Origin: Spirochaetia bacterium | GTDB lineage: Bacteria > Spirochaetota > Spirochaetia > SZUA-6 > Bin103 | Assembly: GCA_965198005.1 (NCBI GenBank) | Contig: CBDAOI010000004.1 | Location: 256,001-320,000, forward strand | Length of the DNA stretch: 64,000 nt | Reading direction: 5' to 3' | In this document: in pieces, positions 19,829-28,882 of the stretch | Position numbering within the stretch: position 1 is the stretch's first letter | Layout: each line of letters begins with the position of its first letter | The notes under the pieces: model-generated | The model's input: the letters and a program-made list of their open reading frames with translations, nothing else | The model's database searches: none | What the model was told of the DNA's origin: nothing | Translations under genes and position numbers: made by a program

Positions 19829-21091
19829 TCAGGCGGTCAGCGGTCGCGGAGCCCGGTGCTGTGGATCAAACTGCGTGCGGTCACGCAGCATCGCGCACGC
19901 CACCGCGAGCAACCGGTCCGCGACCGTACGCAGCGCCCGGCCATGGCGCTGCCCGCGCGCGCGCAGCGCCGCATACCGCTCCCGACTCACCGGATCGTGC
20001 TGGATCGCCACCCGCGCCCAGTGATACATCGCGTTGCTCAGCCGCTGGTTGCAGGCACGGCGCATGCTCACCTGGCAACTCTTCCCCGACCGCTTGGTCA
20101 CCGGCGCCACCCCGGTCAGAATCCGCAACCTGTGGTAGTCTCGCTCAGCCAGCAACTGTGAGGCCTCCGCGAACAGCGTGGCGAGCACGATCCGACCGAC
20201 ACCGGGCATCGAACGCAGGATGACGGCGTCACGCTGCTCTTCTGGTTCACCCGAGTCGTCGGCGGCCACAATCTCGGCCAGCAGTTCGTCGAGCCGGCTG
20301 TGCGCCTGTTTGAGTTGCTGGTCGACCAGCTTCAGCCGGGCGATGACGCTCGCGATGTGCGCCGTAGCCGCCGCTATCGTCCCGCGGCCCACCTCAAGCG
20401 GCTGCTGCCGCAGGATGCGCAGCACACCGGCAGCAGCGTGGCGCCGGATGCGGTTGCGCTTCAGGATGGCCGCGACCGACGCCTTCCGGACCCGCGCTGC
20501 CTCCGCCGGCGTCGGCGCCTTCTCCCACAACTCCAGAACCCAGCCCGCGCCGAGGTCACCGCCCAGCTCGATCAGCTGCGGGTAGTAGCGGCGCAGTTGC
20601 TCGCGCATGCGATTGATCAGCCCGTTGCGTTCCTCCTGCAACTCGGCAGTCAGGCGCGACCATTCCCGCAACTCGATCACCGGCGGTGCCTGCACCTGCA
20701 ACTGACGAAAGCTGCGTCGGTCGGTGCGCAGCGAGTCTGCCAACACCCGCGCGTCGCGCCGGTCATCCTTGGCGCCGGCCACCGTAAACCGGTCACGAAA
20801 TCGATCCAGCTGCTTCGGATTGATCGCGTACACCTGCACCTCCCGCTCCAGCAGCATCTCGACCACCGCGCCATGCGGCACCTCGATCCCCGCGTGCACG
20901 CGCTCCGGGTGCCCGCCGGATAGCTCGTGCAACCACGCGCACAAGTCGGCGATGCCGGCGCCGCTATGGGCCACCTGCCGTTCCGCGACCACCTCCCCGT
21001 CACCCTCAAGCACACAGATCTGATGTTGCTGGGTCGCCCAATCGATACCCACGAACCACTGTTCGGTCTGTTCGGTCTGTTCGGTTGACAT
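19829..21091 (-). CDS. IS110-family DEDD recombinase/transposase
   Basis: WFVGIDWA, GIEVPHG, AKDDRRDA, PGVG and the catalytic-serine motif PVTKRSGK; GGAGG RBS upstream. Confidence 0.95.
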   Translation of the reverse strand: MSTEQTEQTEQWFVGIDWATQQHQICVLEGDGEVVAERQVAHSGAGIADLCAWLHELSGGHPERVHAGIEVPHGAVVEMLLEREVQVYAINPKQLDRFRDRFTVAGAKDDRRDARVLADSLRTDRRSFRQLQVQAPPVIELREWSRLTAELQEERNGLINRMREQLRRYYPQLIELGGDLGAGWVLELWEKAPTPAEAARVRKASVAAILKRNRIRRHAAAGVLRILRQQPLEVGRGTIAAATAHIASVIARLKLVDQQLKQAHSRLDELLAEIVAADDSGEPEEQRDAVILRSMPGVGRIVLATLFAEASQLLAERDYHRLRILTGVAPVTKRSGKSCQVSMRRACNQRLSNAMYHWARVAIQHDPVSRERYAALRARGQRHGRALRTVADRLLAVACAMLRDRTQFDPQHRAPRPLTA

Positions 21092-21094
21092 CCT

Positions 21095-21345
21095 GTCACC
21101 TCCCGAGATTGTGGAGCTCGGCTGCCACGATGTCGTTCCACCCCTGTACTGGTGCTCCGGTGCTCCGGTGCTCCTGGCACCTTCCCACCTGGCACTACTC
21201 CTCACTGGGTATCCATCGCGGCACTCCTACCGGGGCACATGTCCCCCCCGGGCGCTCTACGGCGCGGGGGGCTCAAGGTTGCTCCCGGTAGGCTGCCTTG
21301 CCCGCCTGGGATTCTAGCAGTCCCTGGCGAACTATCTAATCTCTA
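21095..21345 (-). ncRNA. Putative IS110 bridge RNA
   Basis: Structured non-coding leader. Two 9-nt segments match the left arm and complement the right arm of the junction at 21352-21371. Confidence 0.75.
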
Positions 21346-21418
21346 TAAAGGGTACAGGGGGGACTCCTCACCATTTGTCAACCCCCGCGAAACGAATTCT
21401 TGGAACTCCCGCCGGGGG

Positions 21419-21962
21419 GGGCGCAGCGAGGCTAGCTGCTGAACTTGCGGGTGTAAGTCCCGCCGGCGCAAATCCCAGTGTGGCGCCGTAGTTATATCCG
21501 GCAGTCGACAGGGGCGACTCTGACGGCTGAAAGCCCGGAAGTAAACGTACTCAGGGGAGGGCGTGAGCCCGACCGACCAACCTAGGAGGCTAACAACCAG
21601 AAGGGCCGTAGCGAGAGCGAACGGACTAATCGCCGAAAACCTCCCCAGCGGGAAGTTGGTTGCTGGATCTCGGAGTGCCAAGGGTTTCCCCCTCCTACCC
21701 GATGGCCAGTGCTGCTGCGGAAGAAACTGGGAAGTGCACGCGGTAGGCTCCCGGCGGAAGTTGAAGGCGGCAATTCTGGATAGTTCAGCAGTGAAAGCCC
21801 GGAAGGTGTGCTGCTCAGGCAGGATGATCCTCGAATGCCAAGGACCGGACCTATAACCGCTGGATGGCGGGAAGTGGAACGGAGAGCAGCAGACTGGCGG
21901 ATGAGGCCACCAAGCGACGATGGCCGCGACAACATAACGCGGCTGGAGCGAGGGCCTCAGGG
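21419..21962 (+). mobile_element. 5' fragment (about domains I-III) of a second, different group II intron, cut by IS3
   Basis: GGGCG start, gcgggtgtaagtcccgc hairpin and a DIII-like gacaacataacgcggctggagcgagggcc segment; no RT ORF or domain V. Confidence 0.65.
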
Positions 21963-22029
21963 TGAGGTGGTCCTGGAAAATTGGACAGGAGGTTAAGGTG
22001 TATTCGAGGCCATGAGGAGGGCCAAGGAG

Positions 22030-22314
22030 ATGGCGACGACACGACGTCGATTCACAGCGGAGTTCAAGGCACGGGTAGTGGTGGAAGCGTTGCGCGGTGA
22101 CCGCACGATCCAGGAGATCGGGGCCAAGCACCACGTCCATCCGAACCAGGTGAGCGGCTGGAAACGGCAAGCACAGGATGGTCTGCGGGAACTGTTCGCG
22201 GACGGCGCCAGCCGCCGGCAGGCGGATCACGAGGCGACCATCCACGAGTTGCACGCGAAGATCGGCGAGTTGACGGTGGAGCGGGATTTTTTAGCACGCG
22301 GGCTCAAGCTCTGA
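22030..22314 (+). CDS. IS3 transposase OrfA
   Basis: Identical protein to 3218-3502. Confidence 0.9.
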   Translation: MATTRRRFTAEFKARVVVEALRGDRTIQEIGAKHHVHPNQVSGWKRQAQDGLRELFADGASRRQADHEATIHELHAKIGELTVERDFLARGLKL

Positions 22315-22334
22315 GACGGGACGAACGACGGAAG

Positions 22335-23168
22335 ATGATTGAACGTGACTACGAGAACTTGAGCTTGAGCCGGCAGTGCACCCTGCTTGGACTGAGCCGC
22401 TCGGCGTTGTACTACACGCCGGTCGGCGAGAGCGCGGCGAACTTGGCGCTGATGCGGCGCATCGATGAGTTGTACCTGCAGTACCCGTTCTACGGCGCTC
22501 GGCAGATGGTACGCCATCTGGCGCGTGAGGGGGTGACCGTCGGTCGGCACCGGGTGCGGCGGCTGATGCGGCTGCTGGGCTTGGAGGCGATCTACCGCAA
22601 GCCGCGGCTCAGCGTCGCGAACCCGGAGCATCGGGTGTATCCCTATCTGCTGCGGGGGCTGACGATCGACCGCGCGAATCAGGTGTGGTGCGCGGATATC
22701 ACCTACATCCCGGTGCAGGGCGGGTTCCTGTACTTGGTGGCGATCATGGACTGGGCCAGCCGGCGGGTGCTGGCGTGGCGGCTGTCCAACACGTTGGACA
22801 CCCGGTTCTGTGTCGAGGCACTGGAGGAAGCGCTGGAGATGTACGGCAACCCGGAGATCTTCAACACCGATCAGGGGAGCCAGTTCACCAGCATCGCGTT
22901 CACGGAGCTGCTGGTGGCGGCGGGGATACGCTGTTCGATGGACGGTCGCGGTCGTTGCCTGGACAATGTGTTCATCGAGCGGCTGTGGCGGTCCCTGAAG
23001 TACGAAGCGGTCTACCTGCACGAGTTGGCGGACGGCTTCGTGGCGCAGCGGGTGATCGACGAGTGGATCGAGTTCTACAACGAGGTACGACCGCACTCGG
23101 CACTCGGTGGCCGGACGCCGTCCGAGGCCTACCGCGGCGTCGCGGCGCCCGGACGGGAGGTGGCGTAA
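22335..23168 (+). CDS. IS3 transposase OrfB (DDE)
   Basis: WCADITY, TDQGSQF and ERLWRSLKYE in one frame. Confidence 0.93.
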   Translation: MIERDYENLSLSRQCTLLGLSRSALYYTPVGESAANLALMRRIDELYLQYPFYGARQMVRHLAREGVTVGRHRVRRLMRLLGLEAIYRKPRLSVANPEHRVYPYLLRGLTIDRANQVWCADITYIPVQGGFLYLVAIMDWASRRVLAWRLSNTLDTRFCVEALEEALEMYGNPEIFNTDQGSQFTSIAFTELLVAAGIRCSMDGRGRCLDNVFIERLWRSLKYEAVYLHELADGFVAQRVIDEWIEFYNEVRPHSALGGRTPSEAYRGVAAPGREVA

Positions 23169-23397
23169 CGGACATGGGGAGCAGGTGGCAATTGCGGGTT
23201 CCGAGGTCAGAGGGCGAGCGGGTGTGCGATCCGGTGCGGGGAGTTATCCACAATGTCCACAGGATCAAGCCCCCCCTCCCCCAGACCCCCACCCCCTGTT
23301 ACCGCCACCTGTTTTTGACAGGGAGGGGTGGGTTGACAGACAACGGAATACACCTTAACTTACCCCCCGGGCTGTCCAACCAACCGGGACCACCTCA

Positions 23398-23522
23398 GGT
23401 TGGCGCCCTCAGCGAGCCACTGGTCGCCGGCCGTGAGGGCCATCACGTGCGCCTTGGAGACCATGGGAACCACGCTGAAATCGAAATTGGCGAGGGTCTT
23501 GCCGGGTGGCAGGCGCGCCTGG
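23398..23522 (-). pseudogene. istB: IS21 IstB fragment, upstream half of the split gene
   Basis: QARLPPGKTLANFDFSVVPMVSKAHVMALTAGDQWLAEGAN continues in frame into the 3023-3150 fragment. Confidence 0.85.
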
Positions 23523-23613
23523 TTTGCGCGTATTGTCAAGCCCCGTTACATTGGGGAGCGTAACAACCGTGCCGGGCGACACAGAGACTAGGCACGACGT
23601 AAGGACGGTCGAA

Positions 23614-23859
23614 ATGAGCGACATTCTCCAGACCGAGAAGGACTATCTCAAGACCAAGCAAGCAGAGCTGGCCAAGGAGCACCCCGGCAAATACCTGGTG
23701 ATCCGGAAGGGAGAGGTGATCGGAGCGTACGATTCGTACGACGAAGCTGTCGAGGCGGCCGATTCTCTCGGTATTGGACCGTTCCTCGTCAGGTCGGTCC
23801 ACCGTCCCGAGGACGATCCAACACTCGTCGTACCAGCCCTGGCGCTTGGCCTCCTGTGA
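23614..23859 (+). CDS. Small DUF5678-like protein
   Basis: YLKTKQAELAKEHPGKYLVIRKGEVIGAYDSYDEAVEAA; GTGA overlap with the protease gene. Confidence 0.7.
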   Translation: MSDILQTEKDYLKTKQAELAKEHPGKYLVIRKGEVIGAYDSYDEAVEAADSLGIGPFLVRSVHRPEDDPTLVVPALALGLL

Positions 23860-24371
23860 TACTCAACAGCCGCTACGAACCGGGCAAAAGCAAGGCCAAC
23901 GGCGGCGACAAGATGCTCCCGCCCCGAGTGGGGCTGCGAGAATTCGGTCCCCGCGTCAGGGTCAGCGTTTCACCAGTCGGGCGTCCGGGAGCAAACCTAG
24001 TACATGGTCACGCGCTGGTGGATACAGGGGCGGCCATCACATGCATCGACCAGAACGCCGCCGAGAGAGCCGGCCTTACTGTCGTCGGGAGCGGACCCCT
24101 GTCTTCCGCTACCCACTCTCAAGAGACGGTCCCGATATTCGCCGGGAAACTGGATGTCGTGGGGTTCGGAGCCGTAACGCTCAGGCGTGCCTACGGGGTC
24201 AAACTCGCTTCACAGGACATGGCCGCGATCATAGGGCGGGATCTCATGGAAACTGTGCAATTTTGCCGGCATTGGGGTATGCACTTCCGGGCCGGCCATC
24301 GTGGCGGCGATTGCGTCCGGCGGATGCACCGGAGCGCCGTCGCAGCGAAGGGCGCTCTCAGGGTAGGTTGA
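23856..24371 (+). CDS. Retropepsin-like (clan AA) aspartyl protease, C-terminus possibly aberrant
   Basis: ALVDTGAAITCID and IIGRDL motifs. Confidence 0.8.
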   Translation: MILNSRYEPGKSKANGGDKMLPPRVGLREFGPRVRVSVSPVGRPGANLVHGHALVDTGAAITCIDQNAAERAGLTVVGSGPLSSATHSQETVPIFAGKLDVVGFGAVTLRRAYGVKLASQDMAAIIGRDLMETVQFCRHWGMHFRAGHRGGDCVRRMHRSAVAAKGALRVG

Positions 24372-24375
24372 GCGC

Positions 24376-24804
24376 ATGCCGGTCAAGGAAAGTCCCGACT
24401 TCGTCTATCCGATCACCGTGCGGCTGCACCACACCGACGCCGCGGGCGTTCTGTTCTGCTCACGGCTGCTGGAGCTGGCGCACGAGGCGTACGAGGCGCT
24501 GCTTGAGCGGGCCGGGCTGAGCGTGGCCCGGATCCTGGCGGACGGCGAGGTGCGCCTGCCGGTGGTGGCGGTGGAAGCGGAGTTCGCCCGGCCGATCCGC
24601 GTGGGCGACCGGTTGTTGGTGGAGCTCACCGTGACCCGGCACGGCGACCACTCCTACCAGGTGGCGTACCGCTTCCGCGACTCGGCTGGCGAGGAAACGG
24701 CTCGGGCGATAACCCGCCACGTAGCGCTGGACGGCACCCACGGAAGGCCGACCGCGTTGCCGGAGGCTCTCTGCCGCGTCGTGGATGGCGCCGCGTCAGG
24801 GTAG
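24376..24804 (+). CDS. Hot-dog acyl-CoA thioesterase (4HBT/DHNA-CoA type)
   Basis: VRLHHTDAAGVLF, HEAYE and AEFARPIRVGD. Confidence 0.85.
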   Translation: MPVKESPDFVYPITVRLHHTDAAGVLFCSRLLELAHEAYEALLERAGLSVARILADGEVRLPVVAVEAEFARPIRVGDRLLVELTVTRHGDHSYQVAYRFRDSAGEETARAITRHVALDGTHGRPTALPEALCRVVDGAASG

Positions 24805-24902
24805 CTGACACAGCTCAGCTTCGACGTACGATACTTGCGATTGGCGGTCAGTCGTGGGTCTTCCAATCGCAGCGCAGGACGTGCTCGACGGTGGCCTTCA
24901 CG

Positions 24903-25361
24903 TCAGGGTGCGGCAGATCGTAGTTGGAGCCGAGATCCACGCAGTGCCCGCTTCTCGTACCTCGCCATCACCTGCTCGAGGTGCTTGTCGTCGGGGTCGC
25001 GATGGTGCGCCAGCCACGCCGCCATCTCGTCGTTGATTTCACGCTCGAATTGGCGCCAGGCGGTCTCCCGCACTTCCGACACGATGTCCTGCTCGCGCAG
25101 AATGACGTAGTCCTCGTCGTCGTAGTGATCCTCCGCCAGCGGCTCCGTGATGATGATCACCGACTCCGCTCCGGCGCCTTCGTCATCGAGTTGCGCGGCG
25201 ATTTCCGTGTGCTTGGCGTCCCACTCCGCGTCAGTCCAGGAGTAGCCGCCGAACCGATCCAGGGGGTCTCCGGGAGCGGTCGCCGCGGACCGTTCGATGG
25301 GATACTCCTGCTCGACTCCCCGTCCCCAGACCCGGATCGAAATCAGTTCCCCATAGCTCAT
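24903..25361 (-). CDS. Acidic hypothetical protein
   Basis: 152-aa ORF with a GGAGG RBS, directly downstream of the GmrSD-like gene. Confidence 0.55.
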   Translation of the reverse strand: MSYGELISIRVWGRGVEQEYPIERSAATAPGDPLDRFGGYSWTDAEWDAKHTEIAAQLDDEGAGAESVIIITEPLAEDHYDDEDYVILREQDIVSEVRETAWRQFEREINDEMAAWLAHHRDPDDKHLEQVMARYEKRALRGSRLQLRSAAP

Positions 25362-25389
25362 GGGCGTTCCTCCGGCATCGCGCGATCGG

Positions 25390-27117
25390 TCAAGCATCGA
25401 TGCGCCAGATGGTGGTGGCTTGGCGGGCCATCCATGCCTGGCGCGCGCGAATCTTGTCCGGGGTCCAGGTGTCGTAGTCTTCGGCGAGCTTGCGGGTGAT
25501 GGCGAACTCGCTGTTCCGGTAGATTGGCCGCTTTTCAGGGTAGCCGGCATTGCCGGCGTCGCGATTGCGGCTGGCGGTCAGCAGCGTGAGGTTGCCGAGG
25601 CGATAGGTGGCGGCTGCGCGCTGTTGATCGTCGAACTGTTGCCAGTCATCGCCCGGGTGCTCGGGCAGCACGTGCTCCAGGTCGTATCGGGCACTCTCGA
25701 AGTCGAAGCTGCGGCCGGAGGCACGCCGCTCGAACTGGAACAACACGAGGCGGGCCACCTTCCTGTTCCGGCTGCTGGTGGTGCGCAGCGTCTTGTCGGT
25801 AAACGCCGCCCGGAACTCGGCGTCTTCCGGATAGACCGGGCGCAGTTGCGCGATCGCCGCGCCCGGAGTCGTGACACGCTGCTCTGCTATCGCCACCGCT
25901 ATCTGGTTGTAGACCGACTCCTGCTCGTTGCTCTGCCGCCCGCAGATCACGTTGTACCGGAGCGAAACCACGGCTACCGCGCGCAGCAGACGCGCGAACC
26001 CGGTCCGGTCCGCTTCCGAGAACCGGTCGAACGCCGCCAGCAGCAGCGCCAGCGGCTGGCGCACGTTGAACATCTGCAACTGCGACAGGCCGGCGTGTTC
26101 CTCGGCGGTCCACGAGCCGTCGTCCGCATTGCGCAGCGCCGCGTACACCCGCGCCTGCCGGTCGAGGTCGCGAACCAGCGCGAACGCGCCGGAGCGGTCG
26201 TCGATGACGCCGCGAATGGTCTTGAACAGATCGGCCTTGCGCACCAGGCGATGGCGGCTGTTCCAGTACACGCGCAGGAACTCGGGCAGGCTCTCGCTGC
26301 CGAGCAATCCGACGATTCCTTCCCAGCGGCGTTCCAATGCCTCGATTTCCGACTCGTGAGCACCACCGCGGGCGACCACCGAGAACAGGTAGTTCTTGAG
26401 CAGGTCGGTGGCCGAGAGGCGTACGCCGCGGGCGTTCAGCGTTTCGAAGACCTTGAACGCGTTCAGCTCGTCGGTGACCGTGATCACGGTGAAGAACAGC
26501 TTGTCGACCGCTCCATCGACGAAGCTGGCGACCGCGGTTCCATCGTCGGCCGCCCGCTCCTTGATGCGCTCCTTGAACCAGGAGAACGCGTGCCGCAGGA
26601 GCTGCTCGGAGGCGTTCAGTCCCCGCCGCGGCAGCCGCTCCAGCGGCACCAGGTAGTCCTGGTAGAAGCTGTCGTTGTGGCGATTGAGCGTGAGCTTCGA
26701 CCGCGGCACCAGGCTGACCGGGTCCAGGTAGCCGACGTAGCTGGCGCGCAACTGCTCCGCGCGCCGCGTCTGCGGGTCGCGCGGATCATCCGGCGCCGCC
26801 AGATCCGACAGATGGGACACCGCCGCGAGCATCAGCAGGCTGAGCGTGGTCATGCGCTGCTGGCCGTCGATGATGTCGAATGCCCGGTTGTCGGCGGACT
26901 GCAACACCAGGTAGCCCATGTAGTGCGCGGGTTCCGGGTCGGCGTCGAACAGGGCGACGAGGTCCCGCCACAGGTCGTCCCACTCGTCGGGGCCCCAGGA
27001 GTAGTCGCGCTGGAACAGCGGCACCCGGTAACTGAGCCCGTTGCCCATCAGTTGGCGGAACGTGTTGTTGGTGGTGTTGAAGTTCATCCCCGGAACACCC
27101 GATGCGTCACCCGCCAT
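25390..27117 (-). CDS. DUF262/DUF1524 GmrSD-type modification-dependent restriction endonuclease (alternative start 27087)
   Basis: PLFQRDYSW, DGQQR, FETLNARG and HNH-like EHVLP...LGNLTLL...N. Confidence 0.9.
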   Translation of the reverse strand: MAGDASGVPGMNFNTTNNTFRQLMGNGLSYRVPLFQRDYSWGPDEWDDLWRDLVALFDADPEPAHYMGYLVLQSADNRAFDIIDGQQRMTTLSLLMLAAVSHLSDLAAPDDPRDPQTRRAEQLRASYVGYLDPVSLVPRSKLTLNRHNDSFYQDYLVPLERLPRRGLNASEQLLRHAFSWFKERIKERAADDGTAVASFVDGAVDKLFFTVITVTDELNAFKVFETLNARGVRLSATDLLKNYLFSVVARGGAHESEIEALERRWEGIVGLLGSESLPEFLRVYWNSRHRLVRKADLFKTIRGVIDDRSGAFALVRDLDRQARVYAALRNADDGSWTAEEHAGLSQLQMFNVRQPLALLLAAFDRFSEADRTGFARLLRAVAVVSLRYNVICGRQSNEQESVYNQIAVAIAEQRVTTPGAAIAQLRPVYPEDAEFRAAFTDKTLRTTSSRNRKVARLVLFQFERRASGRSFDFESARYDLEHVLPEHPGDDWQQFDDQQRAAATYRLGNLTLLTASRNRDAGNAGYPEKRPIYRNSEFAITRKLAEDYDTWTPDKIRARQAWMARQATTIWRIDA

Positions 27118-27419
27118 GGTATCACACAACGGAATCGGGCAGGCGGCGTGGCGTGACTCGAACCGGTGCAAGCGGATGCGGAGATCGTGCGCGCCGCGAG
27201 TGCCATCACGCTCATCGGCCCCGCCATTGTGCATTGATTGTGCATTGTTTGGCGCCGTTCGGTACGCTGGCGCCATGCCGGGTCCGGAACCGTGCGGCTG
27301 CACCACACCGACGCCGCGGGGGTGCTGTTCTACGCGCGGCTGCTGGCGCGCTTGGCGCGCATGGCCGACGGCGCCGGCTGCGCGTAAGTTGCCATGACGC
27401 GAATGAGACGAGACCCAAC

Positions 27420-28259
27420 GTGCTGACCGAGCTGTCCTTGAGCGGCTTTCTGGCGTTCGCCACGGCGTATCCGTTGTGCTTCTGGGCCAACGCCGGGAGC
27501 ACCATCGAGCGCGGGTTCTACCGCTTCAACCTGGGGGTGAGCTGCTTCATTCTGAGCCTGGGGCTGTTCGCGCTGCTGTTCGCGCCGGCGGTGCCGGCGG
27601 GCGGCCGCTGGCACGCCGGCGGCGCCACCGGTGCGGCGGGGCTGCCGGCTGCGGTGCTGCCGGTGCTCGCCGTGGCCTGGCTGCTTGCGCTGCTGGGGGT
27701 GACCTGGGCGCAGTGGGAACGGGCGCGGCCGCGGCTGGCGCTGGTGACGCTGCCGTCGCTGGTCGGGGTGGTGGTGACCGCGGCCGTGGCCGTGGCGCGG
27801 GCGCCGCCGCCGGCGGCGCCCGTCTGGGCGGCGGCGCTCACCCTGCTCGGCGGCGTGACGCTCGCCCTGGCGCTGTACGCCATGGTGCTGGGGCACTGGT
27901 ACTTGAACGTCACCAAGCTGCCGATCGCGATTCTGGCGCGCGCGGTCGCGGTGTACGCCGGGTTCCTGGCCGTGCGTCTGGTCTGGGACGGGCTCGCCCT
28001 GGCCACGCACAGCGTGCCGTACCAGGGCTTCCCGCTGCCACTGTACGCTTTCGTCGGCACGCTGGACGGCTTCCTGGTAGCGGTGGCGGTGTTCTTCGGC
28101 ACGCTGTTTCCGCTGGCCGCCACCTGGCTGGTGCAGCGCACCCTGCAGGCCAAGTCCACCCAGGCCGCGACCGGCATCCTCTACGTGGTGGTGATCGCGG
28201 CGATCATCGGCGACTTCTCGTACCGGTTCTTCCTGCTGCGCTACGGGGTGGTGCTGTGA
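27420..28259 (+). CDS. Polytopic membrane protein upstream of the cox cluster
   Basis: Multiple hydrophobic segments, MVLGHWYL and STQAATGILY. Confidence 0.75.
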   Translation: MLTELSLSGFLAFATAYPLCFWANAGSTIERGFYRFNLGVSCFILSLGLFALLFAPAVPAGGRWHAGGATGAAGLPAAVLPVLAVAWLLALLGVTWAQWERARPRLALVTLPSLVGVVVTAAVAVARAPPPAAPVWAAALTLLGGVTLALALYAMVLGHWYLNVTKLPIAILARAVAVYAGFLAVRLVWDGLALATHSVPYQGFPLPLYAFVGTLDGFLVAVAVFFGTLFPLAATWLVQRTLQAKSTQAATGILYVVVIAAIIGDFSYRFFLLRYGVVL

Positions 28260-28747
28260 AGCCGGCCGCGCCGGCCGGCACCGTGGTCGAGTTGCGCGCG
28301 CACTGCGACCGGTGCGAGGCGCCGCTGGTGCGCGCCGGCCGGCCGGATCTCCTCGCGTGCGACTCCTGCGGTCGCCGCTACGCCATCGACGAGGCGGCGC
28401 AGCGCCTGGAGCAGTGCCCGATTTGCGACTGCCGCCGCTTCTTCCGCCAGAAGGCGTTTCCGCGCGCGCTCGGCATCGGGCTGGTGGCTGCCGGCGCCGT
28501 GCTGGTGCCGTTCACCTACGGCGTCAGCCTGATGGTGCTGGCGCTGGTCGACCTGATCATCTACCGGCGGGTACCGGTGATGGCGGTGTGCTACCTGTGC
28601 CGGGCGGAGTTCCGCGGCGTGCCGGTGCCGGCCCGCATCCTGGCGTTCCGCCACCACATGGCCGAGGGCTACGAGAAACGGCGCGAGCGGCGACGGCAGC
28701 CGGGCGGATCGGACGGACAGGGCGGATCGGGCGGACAATCGGGTTGA
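28256..28747 (+). CDS. Multi-CxxC (zinc-ribbon) membrane protein
   Basis: CDRC, CDSC, CPIC and CYLC flank two TM helices; GTGA overlap. Confidence 0.75.
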   Translation: MKPAAPAGTVVELRAHCDRCEAPLVRAGRPDLLACDSCGRRYAIDEAAQRLEQCPICDCRRFFRQKAFPRALGIGLVAAGAVLVPFTYGVSLMVLALVDLIIYRRVPVMAVCYLCRAEFRGVPVPARILAFRHHMAEGYEKRRERRRQPGGSDGQGGSGGQSG

Positions 28748-28882
28748 CAGTGCCCGCGCCGATGGCTTAGGTTCTTGCACGGTTGCGGGATGCAACGCTG
28801 GCGCAGCCCCGGTGCCGATTTCAGACGATTTCAGACGATTTCAGAAATGCTTGATTCAAGCCGTTTCCCCGAGGAGGCCTGC

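Larger units (their letters stand above)
21963..23397 (+). mobile_element. IS3-family insertion sequence, copy 2 (intact)
   Basis: Same ends as copy 1; orfA 22030-22314 and orfB 22335-23168. Confidence 0.95.

Noticed and set aside
21061-21085. 9-bp repeats in the IS110 N-terminus (TEQ x3) and at 34477-34501
   Set aside because: Short in-frame or intergenic slippage repeats with no evident function.
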